A stretch of 64,000 nucleotides of DNA. Origin: Moniliella sp. 'wahieum'. Taxonomy: Eukaryota. Under the pieces are notes generated by a model. That model ran no database searches, was not told the DNA's origin, and saw only the letters and a program-made list of their open reading frames with translations. This document shows positions 48,256 through 61,800 of this stretch, one piece after another; position 1 is the stretch's first letter, and every line of letters begins with the position of its first letter. Location: the NCBI GenBank assembly GCA_003971905.1, contig RSEE01000013.1:620001-684000 (forward strand). Reading direction: 5' to 3'. A program made the position numbers and the translations under genes.

Positions 48256-48417
48256 CCGAATGGCAGGCCACAGGAGGATGGATGGTGGGTGATCGAGATG
48301 ATCGATGATGCAAGTTTCAACGTCCAACTTGAACGTTCAGCGTAGGTGGAACCATCCGCTGCTGTGCCAGATGAGCTGGGTGGGACACAACCAAACTGGC
48401 GATCAACCCAAAAAAAT

Positions 48418-48506
48418 TGGACGGCGAGGGGTTTGAACCCCCGGCCTTCTACAATGGAATCCATAGGAGATGCAAAGCAGACGCTCTACCACTGAGCTAG
48501 CCGCCC
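48418..48506 (-). tRNA. tRNA-Ala(TGC) with a 17-nt intron (48470-48454)
   Basis: GGGCGGC/GCCGTCC acceptor with G3:U70, D-arm GCTC..GAGC, anticodon stem TCTGC/GTAGA with loop TT-TGC-A, T-loop TTCAAAC, oligo-T terminator. Confidence 0.95.
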
Positions 48507-48686
48507 ACGGTGATATGGCTGCAACATAACCCCCTAATAGTCAGCGCCCCCATAGGCGCTGCCCCCACGCGCGTTGGGTTGCTCCCCAGTCGAGTGCCAC
48601 AGCAAGCGACGCGTTGCGGCGACCACCCACCTGCCTACGCTTCTCCGCCCGGCGCACATCCGTTCGCGTGGGATTGCACCGCCAGG

Positions 48687-51600
48687 ATGCGTGGCTGGAA
48701 CGCGTCTGGCCGTGCCTCTTTCCTCCGCCCCAGTGCGCAGCCCAGCAGCAGCCCGCTGGGTGCGCCCGACGCCTCCTCCGCCCCCACGCTGCCTCGCGCT
48801 CCCAGTCGACGGCTGTGCTGCCCAGCGTCGCCATCGATCGCGCTGCCTTTGCGCGCATCACGCCCGACCAGATCCACTTCTTTGACCAGTGCATCGCACG
48901 TCTCCCCGCCCACGCCGTCGAGCTGCCCGCGATGAAGCAGGCGTATGCGCTCCAGTGCGCCCTCTCCCCCATTGGCAGAGACGAGGGACGCGGCGCTGGG
49001 ACATTATGCTCCGCCTCTTTGGCGTCCGCGGTGCCTCCTGGCTGCCAAGTGGGCCGCTGTCCGTTTCTCCCTCGGCCTCGACGGATCGGACGATGATCTG
49101 TCCTCTTCCGATGGCGGCTACGACCAGGACCACGACCAGGACCAGGACCTGGACCAGGACCCGACCGCGTCCACCTCCGCCCCTAGCGGCAGCAGCTCCA
49201 CCTCAGTCCGGACCTCTCCCGTCCTGCCCCGCCAGTCCAGCCTCGCCCGCGTACGCCACGCAGCAGCACGCTGCGTTCCTTCTTTCCCCTCAGCAGGGGC
49301 ACGAGCGCTGCGGCAGCTGGGCCGGTACCCCCGCCTCCGCTCCCGCCCACACTCACGCGAAGCCAACCGCGAACGTCATTACCAGCCGACGAGGCGCAAC
49401 TGTCTGCGTCGGAAGAGTCCGAGGGATCAGCCTCCTCCTCGGACCGCACCACCCTTGACCTCCCCTCGGCTTGGGAGGCTCCTTCGGACGGGGAAGTTTC
49501 CCGCCAAGCTACGCCGGTTGCTGCTACCACGTGCATTTTGCCCATACTCGACGCCGATCGTTGCTGCTCGAAATCCCCTGTGGTGCCTTCTCATTCCCGC
49601 GTTTCCCCTCCCTCACTCTCCTTCTTCCGCCACGGCCATCTCAGCGGTTTACTACCCTTCCCCTCCCGCCGCGCGAGGTACTGACCGACTTGCCGCCCCA
49701 TGTTTCCCAAACCTCTTTTGCGCAGACTTCTTCCTTCGCTTCCTTTGCACCTCTTTCCACCGAAAAGGGCGGATGGAGAGAACGCGTACGCCAGCGACGT
49801 GCCGACAAGGAGGTGCGTCTACCTTCCCCTTCTCCTCTGGGACGGGGGTGCGGACGGGGGCGGGAACAGGGACAGGGACAGGGACAGGAACAGGGTCATC
49901 AACGTCCTTACCAGTGGGACCGTACCCGTATGTCCCTCAAGCGCGACCGTCCATGCCGACTGTCCTACGGGGTTCTCCCCTCGATCCGACCGAAGCGGGC
50001 AGCCCACGTGGCCTCGTACGACCCCCCGCGCTGGGCCACCAGGGTAGGCGCGCACTACTCGAGTGTACTTGCTGCTTCGCGGCAAGAGCGACGGGCGCAA
50101 CAGGCTGCCTCCTCGGCTCGTCTTGAGCTCGAGCAAGAGGAGCAGGAGCAAGTGCTGTATGCACAAGCGGAGACAGTGGATCGTCAACGGCTGTTGGCGT
50201 TGGCATGGGCTCTGTGGACGGCGCGGCTGCATACGCACCGTCAACGTCTTCTGCGTGTGGCCCACGTAGAGGACCTGCTCTGATACGCACCTACTTGCAG
50301 CGCTGGCGCGGGAAGCACCGTGCCGTCGCGCAGCTTTCTTCCTCGGCCCTGCGTTGGGACCACATGCGTCCGCTGCGGGGTGCATGGCGCACTTGGCTCA
50401 CTAGGCTTCGTACGCGACGTCAGTGGGCGCGCGATGCACGTTCTCGGCTACTTCGTGCCGCCTCGTCAACCGTGTCGGAGCAACATGCAGCGAGACTGGT
50501 ACAGAACACGTACCGCCACTGGCGGCACACGTTCCTTTCCTCGCGTGCGCAGCGGTTCCGCGATGCACATCTGCTTGGAGGCGCCGTGGCTCTATGGCGC
50601 CTCAATACGGTCCAGCGCAGCACTTCCCAAACCTTGATCGCTGAGGCGGATAAAATGTGGCGCAACGGCGTACTGCTACGAGCGTTTGACGCGTGGTACA
50701 CGGCCGCGGCGTTGCGTCCGCTTGAGATCCATGTTCGGGACCAACACCAGCACTCTCTTCTCCGCGCAACATGGGAGCGATGGCGAACCAACGCGTATGT
50801 GCTCTCCCCCTCCCCACCTCACTCCTTCTTGCCCTCTGTACCTGTGAGCTAAGCAAACTGACCCCGCGGCCTTGTTGTGAAGGAGATGGCTACGCTGGAA
50901 CACATGTGGGTGCCACTGCGATTGCAATCCTGGGCTCTGCAGCGGTGGAAAGATGCGCTGGGGAGGGTACGTGAGCGGCGCAAGCTTCTGCTCAAAGCAG
51001 ATCGGCGACGCGCACGTCAAGTCGTCTCGAACGTTATGGTACGGTGGCGAAAACGTTTGGCCGAGGTGCGTGGTCTGGCGCAGCGCCTGCCCGAAGCACA
51101 GGCCAAGCGCGACAGACGCCTGTTGCAGCATGCCCTGCACACGTGGCGCTCGCAGTACCGGACGGGGTTGTACGAGCAAACGTTGGAGGGACGAATGCAA
51201 GCCAAGGTGCTACAAGCGTGGCGAGACCGTTTGCACGCCAAGCAAGCGCACGATCGCAACGCGTCCAGTTTCTCGTTCGCCAACGGTCCCAGGCCGTCCT
51301 GGCCCACTTCCTAGCCCGTTGGCGCGGCCGACTACGTCGTATCCAGGCGGAAGCCCAGGCTGTCCGACTGGAAGAAGAACACGGGTTGATGCGGCAGGTG
51401 CTACAACAGTGGCGTTTGCGTTTACGTTTGCATAAGCAATGGACCAAGAGTGCCGAACGGATTGACCGTATCCTACTCGTGCGCACGATGCTACGACGGT
51501 GGCAGACTCGTCTTCGCGAGGTGCGTATGGAGGGGTTTATGACCCAATGCGGCGCACGGAGGTTACGGCGCACGTTTGCAGCGTGGAAGGGTAAGACGAC

Positions 51601-52412
51601 GATGCGACTGTACCACCGTGCGGTTGTTCAGTACCTCGAGTTGAAGCGGGACGAAATACGATGCGGCAAGCGCTTCTGGGCTGGGTGGAGCGCAGTGTGG
51701 CGGTGCGTGGGCTGGCGTTGGATGCGAAGGAAGGGTACGAGGAGCAGTTGATGAAGCGTGCGTGGGGTGCGTGGCGCACGCAGCTCGCGTTGCACCAACG
51801 ACGTCAGGCGCTGCTGCGCGTGCTGGAACAGACGCGCAACAAGCGCCTGCTGCGTCGTGCCTTGGCTACGTGGGTGGAACGAGCGATCGAGCAACAAACG
51901 TGCAAGCAACTTCGTGCGCAGCAAGACCAGCGCCTGCTCGCCCAGACAATGGAGCACTGGTACGGCCAAGCGCGGAGGCGGCGTTGCGGGAGGTGGAGTA
52001 CGAAGTGTTGTTACGCCACGGCCGTGGGGTACTAGGATCGACGTGGGCGGTATGGCAAGCACAGGTGCCTGCCCTGGAAGCGATCCGGATGTGGCATGAG
52101 CGGGTGGTAGCCACGGCGTTCGAGCGGTGGCAGGAGCAGCTGCCGCTTGCGCGCGCGCGTAACCAAGCGCTCGACTGGGACCGGACCAGGTTGGTGGGCG
52201 ACAGTTTCGATATTTGGCGGCACCGCGCCAAACAGCGCGCTACGTTCCGTGCTGCCGCACGCTTTGGCGGCAGCTCGGCGCTGCGCTTGCGTACCCTCTC
52301 GGCGCGCATGCGTCCCCCTTCCTCGCGATTCGTCAAGGTGCGCCGTGAAGAGGCGCCTGAGGCGCCGCTGCTCCATGGCCCCTCGTTGTTGGGTAGGCGG
52401 CGCGGACGCTAG
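48687..52412 (+). CDS. SFI1: Sfi1 spindle-pole-body centrin-binding repeat protein
   Basis: Long series of A-x7-LL-x3-(F/W)-x2-W-like repeats (e.g. ADKMWRNGVLLRAFDAW, AKRDRRLLQHALHTW, ALDWDRTRLVGDSFDIW) after an S/P-rich N-terminus; frameshifts and probable introns. Confidence 0.82.
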
Positions 52413-52921
52413 GTGAGTGCTTGGCACCCCGGCGGGGCAGACAGAGGCAGTCCCGTCCGTCTAAGCCCACCGACGCAAGTGAGGAAGAAGAGAAAAAGCG
52501 GACGTTGCCTTCCATTGCATTGCTTGTTTGCTCGTGCTGAGATCGAGTTGGGCTGGCATAGCTCTACCTATGTGGAAAAAAGGATAGATGCGGTAGTCAT
52601 CATTCGTTGTACTACAAGTGCATTGCTCAAAGCTTCCATGTCTGCCACGCCCGTCCCACCTCATTCGGACCCACTCTCGGTACATCCGGCTAGAATCCCC
52701 ATGGAAGGAACCCGACGTTCCCGGCCAGTCAGCGACGCGGTCAGCATCCCTACTTGGGTGCGCGTCAGCTACCACCCCCACCCCCAGCTTTCTACCGCCG
52801 GGCGCAACGAAGCTGGAGGCGGGGGGTGATGATGGTGTGTTCGTTTGTCCTGTCTGTCCTCGAGTGGACCACCGATTCAGTGTATTTTTTAGTAACTAAC
52901 CCAAAGGAGCCTAGTCGTAGT

Positions 52922-54185
52922 TCAATTGCGCCGACGCGGGGGTTCGTACCCCGGCGAGCGGGAGCGTTTGCGGTAGCCGCGATGGTCCGAACGATAATCC
53001 GAGCGGTAATCCCGCTCTCGCGTCTCGCGCCGATCGCGGGAATATTCCCGATCGTAGCTCTCGCCCGCGCCATAATGCAAAGGTTGTTCGTACTCGGGCG
53101 GAGGGCGGGACGAGGGGTAGCGAGGAGGATAGCCTCCTCCTCGGTCCCATCCTCGGTCGCGTTCACGTTCGCGTTCGCGTTCGCGCTCGCGGTCGCCGCG
53201 ATCGCGGGGAGGGTAGCCGCTTGTAGAATCGGGGCGACTGGGTCGGTCGTAAGGTCTCGAGCTTCGTTCGGGTGCGCCGGCAGGAGGAGGTGCGACGGGC
53301 CGTGGGGTCGGTTCGATGGGAGGCAAAGGATCGTTTTTAAACTCTTTGATGAGTTCGCGTTTGTGGTACCCCATGTGCATCTTTCCCGAAAAGTGGTCGG
53401 CCAAACGCCGGTCCGAATCCAACACGGAGAGGTAGGCACCACACATCGCATACTTGAAGTTTTTGCAGACCGCTCGACCCGGCGCTGGCAGACATCTTGT
53501 GGAGTTCGGCCTGACGTTCAGCCAACTCCTCCTTGATGCGTCGGCCTTGGTCAGCTCACTCAAACTCTCTTCGACCATGCCTGATTCACCCAGACGCTCC
53601 ACCTCTTGCATCGAGGCGGCATGGCCTGTTCCAGCTCCTTGACTTCCAGCGTCAGCGCCGCGAGCTTCTGGCTCTCCTCGGGCGTCACGTCGAGCCGACG
53701 TCGGTTGGCAGCAATCTTACGATCGACGTCGGCCATAAAATGGGAAATGTTCGGCGGTACTCGGCCTCAATGGCGGGGTAGCGCTGGCCACTGGCCACGG
53801 CCGCCTTGTACTCCTTGCAGTCGCGGCGAATGGGACTTGGGACAGGGCCCAAGATCGGCTTTCTGCATGCAGCGCGGACAGTTCCAGCGGGTCAGTATCA
53901 TCGGTACGATCAACACAGGGAGTGGGCCCTGCCCCCGTCGGGAGGCAGGGCGGGAGGGGGGGACGCACGGTGTTGGAGAAGAAGTCGTGCGGGCATGCGC
54001 CACACAGAAGTTGCGGCAGACCTGGTCGTCGGTAAACTTGAGTTCTACGGTGGCGGTGCCGAGGGCTGGGGGGGGAGAGCAGAGGTCAGCAGCATCAATC
54101 GCACGGCGGCGCACAGGGAACACGTACCCTCGGGGCCCATCAGACGCTCGAGCGCCATGCGCTGGATCTCCGCCTTGCGACCCAT
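52922..54185 (-). CDS. LUC7: U1 snRNP splicing factor Luc7
   Basis: LERLMGPE; KFTDDQVCRNF; KADLGPCPKSHS; QKLQVCDV..CGAYLSVLDSDRRLADHFSGKMHMGY; RE/RD/RS-rich tail. Confidence 0.92.
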
Positions 54186-54434
54186 GGTGGTGGTGGTGGG
54201 GTTGCTAGCCATTTCTGGGCTGCATGCCCGGCGGACGGACGGGCGGCGCTTACCTAACCCAGGATCAAACTTTCAGCCCAGCCGCCGGGGGAGACACGCG
54301 ATTCCGCCCGGGCCAGCCGTGCCTGCATTCCCCAGTCTTCTCCGCTCAGCCGCCGTCTTCTCGCCCGAAGCAGCGTCGTGGCAGCCGCTGGACGCCCCCT
54401 CGCGCCCTCGGCCACCGCCACCGCCACGCCTCCG

Positions 54435-55435
54435 ATGCTCGTCGTCCGCACCGGTGCGTGCGCCGTCGCCACCGCCGCCGCCGCGCCGCCGCGCCCCGTG
54501 CGCTGCGGGGCATGGCGACAAGCGCGTGTCTGCGTACCCCAAGCACGACCCCTCCTCCACCCTCGCCCGACTACAAGATCCACCATCCGCATCGGCAGCT
54601 GCCGCCGCTGCCCACGCTCGAGCCCCCGCGCATGCAGGCCAGCGAGGCCGTCGGTAACATCCTCTACAACACGCCCGCTCCCAGCAGCGAGCCTCTGAAG
54701 CGGCATACGCTTACTGCGCTTGTGCAGGACGAGCCTGGAGTGCTGTCTCGCGTGGCTGGCACCCTTGCCGCACGTGGGTTCAACATTGACTCGCTCGTTT
54801 CTGTTCCACCGAGGTGCCGGACCTGTCACGGATGTGTATCGTTCTCAAGGGCCAAGATGCGGTAGTGGAGCAAGCGCGCCGGCAACTGGAGGACTTGGTG
54901 CCCGTCTGGGCCGTGCTCGATTACACGCGTACCCGTACCATTGAGCGCGAACTGTTCCTTGCCAAGGTCAGTCTCTTGGGGCCGGAGTACTTTCAGCAGC
55001 AGTGCGGCAAGCTGCCGCGCAAGGTTACCGACCGCCGTCGGTCGCAGACGCCACTGAGGAACCCAGTTGCCGCCGGACGTGCAAGCTGAGCGTATCCTGT
55101 GCCCGCCCGCCCGCCGGGCCCGCCGCCTGGGATCCGTCTGAGCCCCACGGACGCCCTGCGGATCAAAGGAGAACATTTGCGTCACATTATTGCTTTGGCA
55201 GAACAGTTCCAAGGCCGTTGGTGGACGTGAGCACCGAGTCGGTCATTGTCGAGGTGAGCGGCAAGTCGAGTCGGTGTGAGGCGCTACTCAAGCTGCTCCG
55301 TCCGTTTGGAATCATTGAGTGTGCCCGTTCAGGTACCATGGTGCTGCGCTGCGCCCGCGCCAAGATGGAGGAGAGCAGGACGAAAAGGTAGTCGAGCAGG
55401 TGCACGTTGATGCCAGCCTGCTGCCACCCGGGTAA
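54435..55435 (+). CDS. ILV6: Acetolactate synthase small (regulatory) subunit, mitochondrial
   Basis: EAVGNILYNTP; LVQDEPGVLSRVAGTLAARGFNIDSLV; DLSRMCIVL..VVEQARRQLEDLVPVWAVLDY..IERELFLAKVS; PFGIIECARSG; DASLLPPG*. Confidence 0.94.
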
Positions 55436-55777
55436 AGGGTGCTTTGTGTTGTTGTCGTGTTGCCAACCAGCGTATTGCATGGTTTGGCCTCGGGCCGGTG
55501 TCTGTGTCGTGAATTGCATCCCGTCCAAAGCGCATCGTCACTGCCCAGCACGCAGCGGAGGGAGTATAGATAGGATGGCCGATGGATTCGCCCCGTAGTG
55601 GAAACCCAATGCCGAAGAAAACCGCAGCCCGCCTGAAACGTTCAACAATGGCGCGTCGGAGGGTGGTGGTTGGGGTTGATTGGATGGCTCCAACCGAAGC
55701 GGCGAGCCGAGTGGGGGCTGCGCTCGGCTGGCCAGCCGCCATCGCCGACGGCTCGTCGGTCTTGCTCGCAAGCGAGG

Positions 55778-57779
55778 ATGGCGTGGCCCGCCGCGGTGGC
55801 ACGTGCCCTGGCTGACCCGGATAGTGTTCCTACCGACGCCGACTGGGCGTCGCTGGCATCGTGCATGGGGGTGGGCGGGGGTGCTGATGGGTCGCTGGCC
55901 ACGGCATTGGCCAGGGTGGCCGACGAGCAGGACACGTTTACCTCGGTGCGATCGTGGCAGGACTTGGTGCGCCGCTACGCGGCGCGCGAGGAAGGGTTTG
56001 GCGTTGGTGTTGGTGCTGGTGGTAGTGTTGGTCTGGGCGGATCGTCATTGTCCCACCCAGTCGCGTACCCGCTGATGGGGTGATGCCTACCCGTGGCGCT
56101 GCCCATCCCACCCTCTCGCCGCACTTGCACCAGCAGATCCTCCGCCGCACCAGCACTGGCGACACGGAGGTCAGCATCTGCCCCCGGCAGCAAATTGCCG
56201 TTGTGCGTAACCGTGCGGGCACGATCTGGACGTTGGACCTGCGCTCGGAGCAGTGGGGCAGGATGTTGTGGGGAGTGCCGTCGCGAGCTTATCGCGTACG
56301 ATGACCGTGTCGGTGCAAGAGGACTCGATCCTGATTCAACGCGTTGGTGTGTACTTTGGTTGGGCCTTGCCCAGCGCACGTGTGCGCTGGTTTGTTGTAC
56401 TGTGGGCGTCGCGTGCTGACGATTGTCGTCTGTGCCCAGAAGCCTTTTCTCCCTTTCGCATGCAGCTGGAGGTGTACTCGCACGCCGACTGCCCGCGGGG
56501 GGAGTACCGCCACGTGCACAGTATCGCCAGTCTAGATCTGCTCAACACGAGCGACCTGGTCGAGGACCCTATCCCCCTTTCCCTCTCAGGTGAGCAATTT
56601 GTAGTTCTACGTCCTGATCATGCTCGCGCTCTTTCGTTTGGACCAATGTGAACCCATCCAGGTCGTCCAGGTAGCGGACGAGGTACAGAGATGCTCACTG
56701 ATGATGAGGACGACATGGCGACCGGAATCCGTGCGCAGCTCCAACACCCATCTGCTTTGATGGCGCCACACCGTCTTCCTTTCCGTACCCGGAAACGTTG
56801 TGGCGTGAACCTGGAGGATGGGAAAGTGACGTGGCGCCTGACGGACCTGGTGCCGCACTTGGCCGTTGTACAAGCTACCCCGGTGCTCTGACGCCGTCAA
56901 AGCCCAAGCAAGAAGGTGGGCCATGGTTGCACCCGTGGAATTGGTGCCTTCGCACCTGGCTGTCGGCGAGGCCCTTGGTACCGTACGTTCTCATTTGCTC
57001 CTTCTCCTAACCACCACCACCACCTTCCCCTCCTCCGTCCATCTTACCTTTCTCCCCTTGCAACGGGAGAGCAACGCGAGAAACGAAGGCGATGAGAAAG
57101 CAAAGCTAACGATGTGCCAACTTGGCGAATAGGATCCGATGAAAATCCAACACGAAGGCGCCTCGCTCGTTCTGGCTACGCCGAGCAGGCTAGTGATTGT
57201 GCCCCAGCTTTCTTTGCGCAAGGGCACGTTGGTGCAGCTTGCCGACGCTGTCCCGTCCACCAGGGACGCAAGCTGCCTTCCACGGCCCATCGCCTTCGCT
57301 CTCCTGTGGTGTGAGTGTGGCTGGGTCGCGCGTGCTCTGGCTCACGCCGCTCGCGCCGCTTCTTCTGGCGTTCGGAGAGGCGGGGGTGAGCGGGGTGGAT
57401 CTGTGGATGGGCGCGGGTATGGGACTGGAAGGGAAGGACGAGGCGGGTACGAGGGCAATACGCTCACTCTCCTCCGTGCCCTGGGTCAGCACCAAGACTG
57501 GCACCGGTGGCCGTATTGACCGAGCGGGCGTACTTGTTGGGCACGTTGCGGGGTCGGGCAGCGGGACCGGACGACCCAGTACCGCAAGCGAGTCAAGTGG
57601 TCGTGTGGGAATTTGGGTCGAGCGCGGTACACGCCTTGCAGCTGGGTACGCACCGGCACTTGCGAACCTGTATCGTGGACGAGGTGAATGCGCCTCCACC
57701 TACCCGTCTCCGACGCCGGGCCCGCTCCCGCCCCCGCTCCCGCTCCCGGTCTCGGTCGCGTAAGGGTTCGGATTCGTGA
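55778..57779 (+). CDS. Hypothetical protein (fragmented; family not recognised)
   Basis: Contiguous plus-strand ORF pieces 55670-56083, 56080-56304, 56253-56651, 56691-56891, 57139-57519 and 57507-57779. Confidence 0.4.
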
Positions 57780-57801
57780 GGGAGCGCGAGGGAGACTCGC
57801 T

Positions 57802-57881
57802 GCAACGCAACGCAACGCAACGCAACGCAACGCAAACGCAACGCAACGCAACGCAACGCAACGCAACGCAACCAACGCAAC
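57802..57881. repeat. (GCAAC)n pentanucleotide microsatellite
   Basis: About 16 units with two interruptions. Confidence 0.95.
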
Positions 57882-58397
57882 GGAAGTAAGGAGAGAGGGC
57901 AGGGTGGGGCCTTCCTTCGCTAGACCGAATCTGTACCCTCCCTCGCCCACCAGGGAGTGGACTTCTCCACCCTGGATGAACCGATCCCCGTTGATGTCGG
58001 ATGTGGATACCGGCGGACAGAGGAACATTAGAGAGGTACTATAACCGGTAACCGTAACCGACAAATCCTGCCTGGACGAGGTTACCATACATCAGTATTT
58101 TTAGAATGTCACTGGTACTTCGCAACGAGCCCATGCGAGCCCAAGCAGAAAGAAAAGAGGCTTAAAGCTTAAAACTTGACCTTGACCTTGACTAGTAACT
58201 GCTACCTGTGGAGTGGACTATTCACTAGGGACAAGTCACTAGGGACTGGGTGCGGTTCGTGCCGGATTCAGATTCGTCAAGCAAGGTGATACATATGAAC
58301 GGAAATGGGAAACGGGGAACGGGAACGAAGAGCGGGGAACGGGGAACGAAGAACGGGGGAACGGGACCCAAGAAAAGCGAACACACATCTTGCCTAG

Positions 58398-58641
58398 GGA
58401 GGAGGAAGGGGGGAAGGGGGAAAGGGGAAGGGGAAAGGGGGAAAGGGGGAAAGGGGAAAGGGGAAAGGGGAAAGGGGGAAAGGGGAAAGGGGGAAAGGGG
58501 AAAGGGGGAAAGGGGGAAAGGGAAAGGGGGAAGGGGGAAAGGGGGAAAGGGGGAAAGGGGAAAGGGGGAAGGGGAAAGGGGGAAAGGGGAAAGGGGAAAG
58601 GGGGAAGGGGGGAAGGGGGAAGGGAAGAAAGAAAGAAAGAA
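58398..58641 (+). repeat. ~240-bp polypurine tract of G4-6A2-3 units
   Basis: Essentially only G and A; read directly. Confidence 0.95.
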
Positions 58642-58858
58642 ATACAAAAGTAATGACAAAATGACAAAATGGAAAATGGGAAAATGGGAATGGGGACGAG
58701 TAACGGGGGTGGGTTCCGGGGCCGGGGGTAGAGATTGGTGTGGGTGTGGGCGTGGGCGTAACGGTACCAACCAGAACGAGAACGAGAACGAAACCAAGAC
58801 CAAGACCGAGACCGACCCCATACCGCGGAGGACCCGGATCGCAACACAACAGATACAA

Positions 58859-61800
58859 TCACGACGAGAGCGCATGGACCGTACGATCAAAGTCGGTAGC
58901 CCAGGCGGATGCTGCGGCCGGGTCAGGGGCCGAGAGGTAGTAGATAGATTTGTGGTCGCGCAGACGGTGTGTTGTCCTGTACGACCATCTGGGCGGGGGA
59001 GATGAGGTCGATGAGTGCGCGGAGGGTAGGCGTACTGGCCGAGGGGGAGAAAGGGTCGTCCGGGGCAGAAGGAATGGGCGCCAAGATGGTTGATGGGGAG
59101 GTAGATGGGGAAGTAGAGGAGGAGATGGACTTGGTCTTGGAATTGAATTTGGAGTTGGAGTTGGAGTTGGAGTTGGAGTTGGAGTTGGAATTGGGGTGGG
59201 CAGCGGGAGGGTGTGCGTGGCCCGTGCCAAGTGGGAGGAGGAGAACGAGAACGTCAGAGCAGAGTACAAGGTGACGTGGGCCGTGACTTCCTCTTGCTCC
59301 AACACATCCACCTTGATAGGTTCCTGGGATGGGCTTATCTGCCCCTGCCCCTGCCCCTGCCCCTGCCCTGCCCTGCCCCATCGCCTGAGGCAGAGCCGGA
59401 GGCCGCACGTACGTCTGGCCCGACCGAACAATCCGGCGGAGGAGGAGGCGCCCATCACGGACCAAGCGGCGGTGAGGCTGGACGAGGACACTCAATCGAC
59501 CATGGAGGTAAAGACCACCTAACCTTCTTGCCATGCGCACAAGCGGCGTTCGAGTTCAGCTTGACGTTTCGCCTCGTTCATGCCATTTGCCATACGGAGG
59601 ATGGAGGCCAAAGCGGCGAGGACAGCGTGGGCCGGCTGACCCTCGTCCGTCATCTCAGGCGGGATGGACCGTAGCAGTCCCTCAAGCATGAGGCGGTTAG
59701 CGCGGGATACGCTGTACAGGCAAGAGGAGGTAACTGTCCAGACCGAGCGAGGCGTGCGCGGGTCCAGCTGCGCTCGTTTGAGTAACTTGTGAATCGCCTT
59801 GCGCTGGGTGAGCGGGACCTCGGTCTCAGCCCAGGCCAAGGGGGCTGAAGAGCCAGTACTAGAACCAGGACCTGGGATGGGCGTGCCGCCGCCCGGGCTG
59901 GGACCGAGACTGCGCTTACGCAGCGTGCCCTTCGCTGCGAGGTAGATTTGGACTTGAGCGTGTCCATGCCGCTAGGGACGGGCTGGTACCAGAGAGCTAC
60001 GATCCGCTGCGCTTCGTCGCAGTGGTTGATAAAACGTAGCGTACATGCGGAGGAAGGCGGCATGGTCAACAAACACCTTGGCCGCTGCAATGGCCGCTTC
60101 CAACGACCCGTCCTCCTCTGATTCGGACGACGCGAGCAGAGGCGCAACGGCATGCTGCAAGGCGGGCAGGAACCCTTCCTGGTGAAAGTGAAGCAACGAC
60201 TCGACATTGCCAAATACGGTGCGCATCTGCGCTTGCGGTACGGGCGACTTGTCCCCCTGGAGCGGGTGAGGTAAACGTCGACCAAGGCCTGGAGGCCCTT
60301 GACGTAGGACACTTCAGAGCTCAACAGTTCAATCAAGATCTTCGTCGTCGTTGACCATCGGCCTTGGCCAAGGAGTACATGGGCCACATGCGCCGCCACC
60401 TCCGGTCCGTTGGCCATCATTGCAGGCCCCAAGCCCGTTACTGGGATCGCGCCCTGGGCAGCCACGTCGTGCGCACCGGGCAAAGAGGGTCGCGGGACAA
60501 GCACGGTGCCAACCTCGTCTCGAGCGAGGGGGAAAAATGTCTGGGCCAAGTGGGGTCGTGAGGCCTGCGGGAACCCGGGGCACTACTGGGCGAAGTTAAT
60601 GGGCAACCTAAATCCTCCAGGTCCCGGAGGTAACGCATCAAACCCTGCAATTTGAGTTGGTGGTCCTCCCTTCTTCGCAGGGCAACCTCCTGCGCTTCGT
60701 CCGAGGTGTGAGCTGCTGCAGGGCAGTTGCGAGCAGACTCAAATCGGGCAGGCTCGTGCGGCGGTCCGAGGCAGGACAGGGCACACTGTCGTACATTGGA
60801 CCCGAAACCACCCGATGACGCGAAGGCGTAGGCGAGAGCTGCGGGGGCGACATGCCCAGTTCCGAGCCGGACGTTACCCCGCCCGACAGAGTCTCCACCA
60901 TCGAGCCATCGGTATCGGCATGAGGGCGGGGCGAAGAGGCTGCTGGGCCGCCTGAGTTTGGCGGTAAATCGTCGTCCAATTGTATCTTTCGTGTGGTGCG
61001 GTTTCTCGGCCGCAGGATGGATAGACCATTTGCGACTAGGCGGACCGAGCAACGGCGGCGTCGGCGTGGGACTCTTGGGGCGGGAGGGGATTGCGGCAGG
61101 CAAGGTGCGGCAAGGGTGCAGGTACCGGTGCCACCATAAGGACCCAGCGAGGGAGACGTTCCCATAGACCCGGCTGTTGTTCCTGGGCTGGATGCGAGCA
61201 GGGAGCCTTGGCACGAGGAGAGGGAAGGGTGGGAGGAGGAAGTGCGGGCCGAGGAGAGGATGACCGATGATCGACGGGAGAGGGGCGGTGCGGATTCCAT
61301 CACGGGGATCAGCATGTCCATCCACGGCTCGAGGAAAGGGTTGCCCTGCATGCGCAGAAGGGAGAGACGGGGGAGCTTGTACAGCCAGAGCGGGGGCTGG
61401 GTCAGGCTATTGTTGGCCAAACGGAGCGAAGAAAGATGGGGCAAGGAAGCCAGAGACCAGGGATCTGCGTCGCGCCCGTATCGTCCCAGATCAAGGTTCG
61501 CAAACTGGTCAGCTGACCGATCCAGGAGGGCGGGGTGCCGAGTGGGTTGCCCGAGACGCGGAGCTCGCGGAGCGAAGTGCACAGAGCAAGGCTGCTGGGC
61601 AACCGGGACATAAGACAGTCACTGACATCGAGGGTCAGCAGGTGACTGGCCATGGTAGGCAGCACCACGTCCAGCAACTCCTCTAGTCGCGCATCGTGGG
61701 TTCCAGGGATATGCATGTGCTGTACCGGGCCATCGCGTGCGGTGCTGGCCAGGGCGACCGCCACATCGCGCACCGACTTGCCCTCGAGATGCAACGTGCC

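Noticed and set aside
58225..59005. (PFPLS)n / (GKGER)n ORFs
   Set aside because: Translations of the G/A low-complexity tract, not credible proteins.
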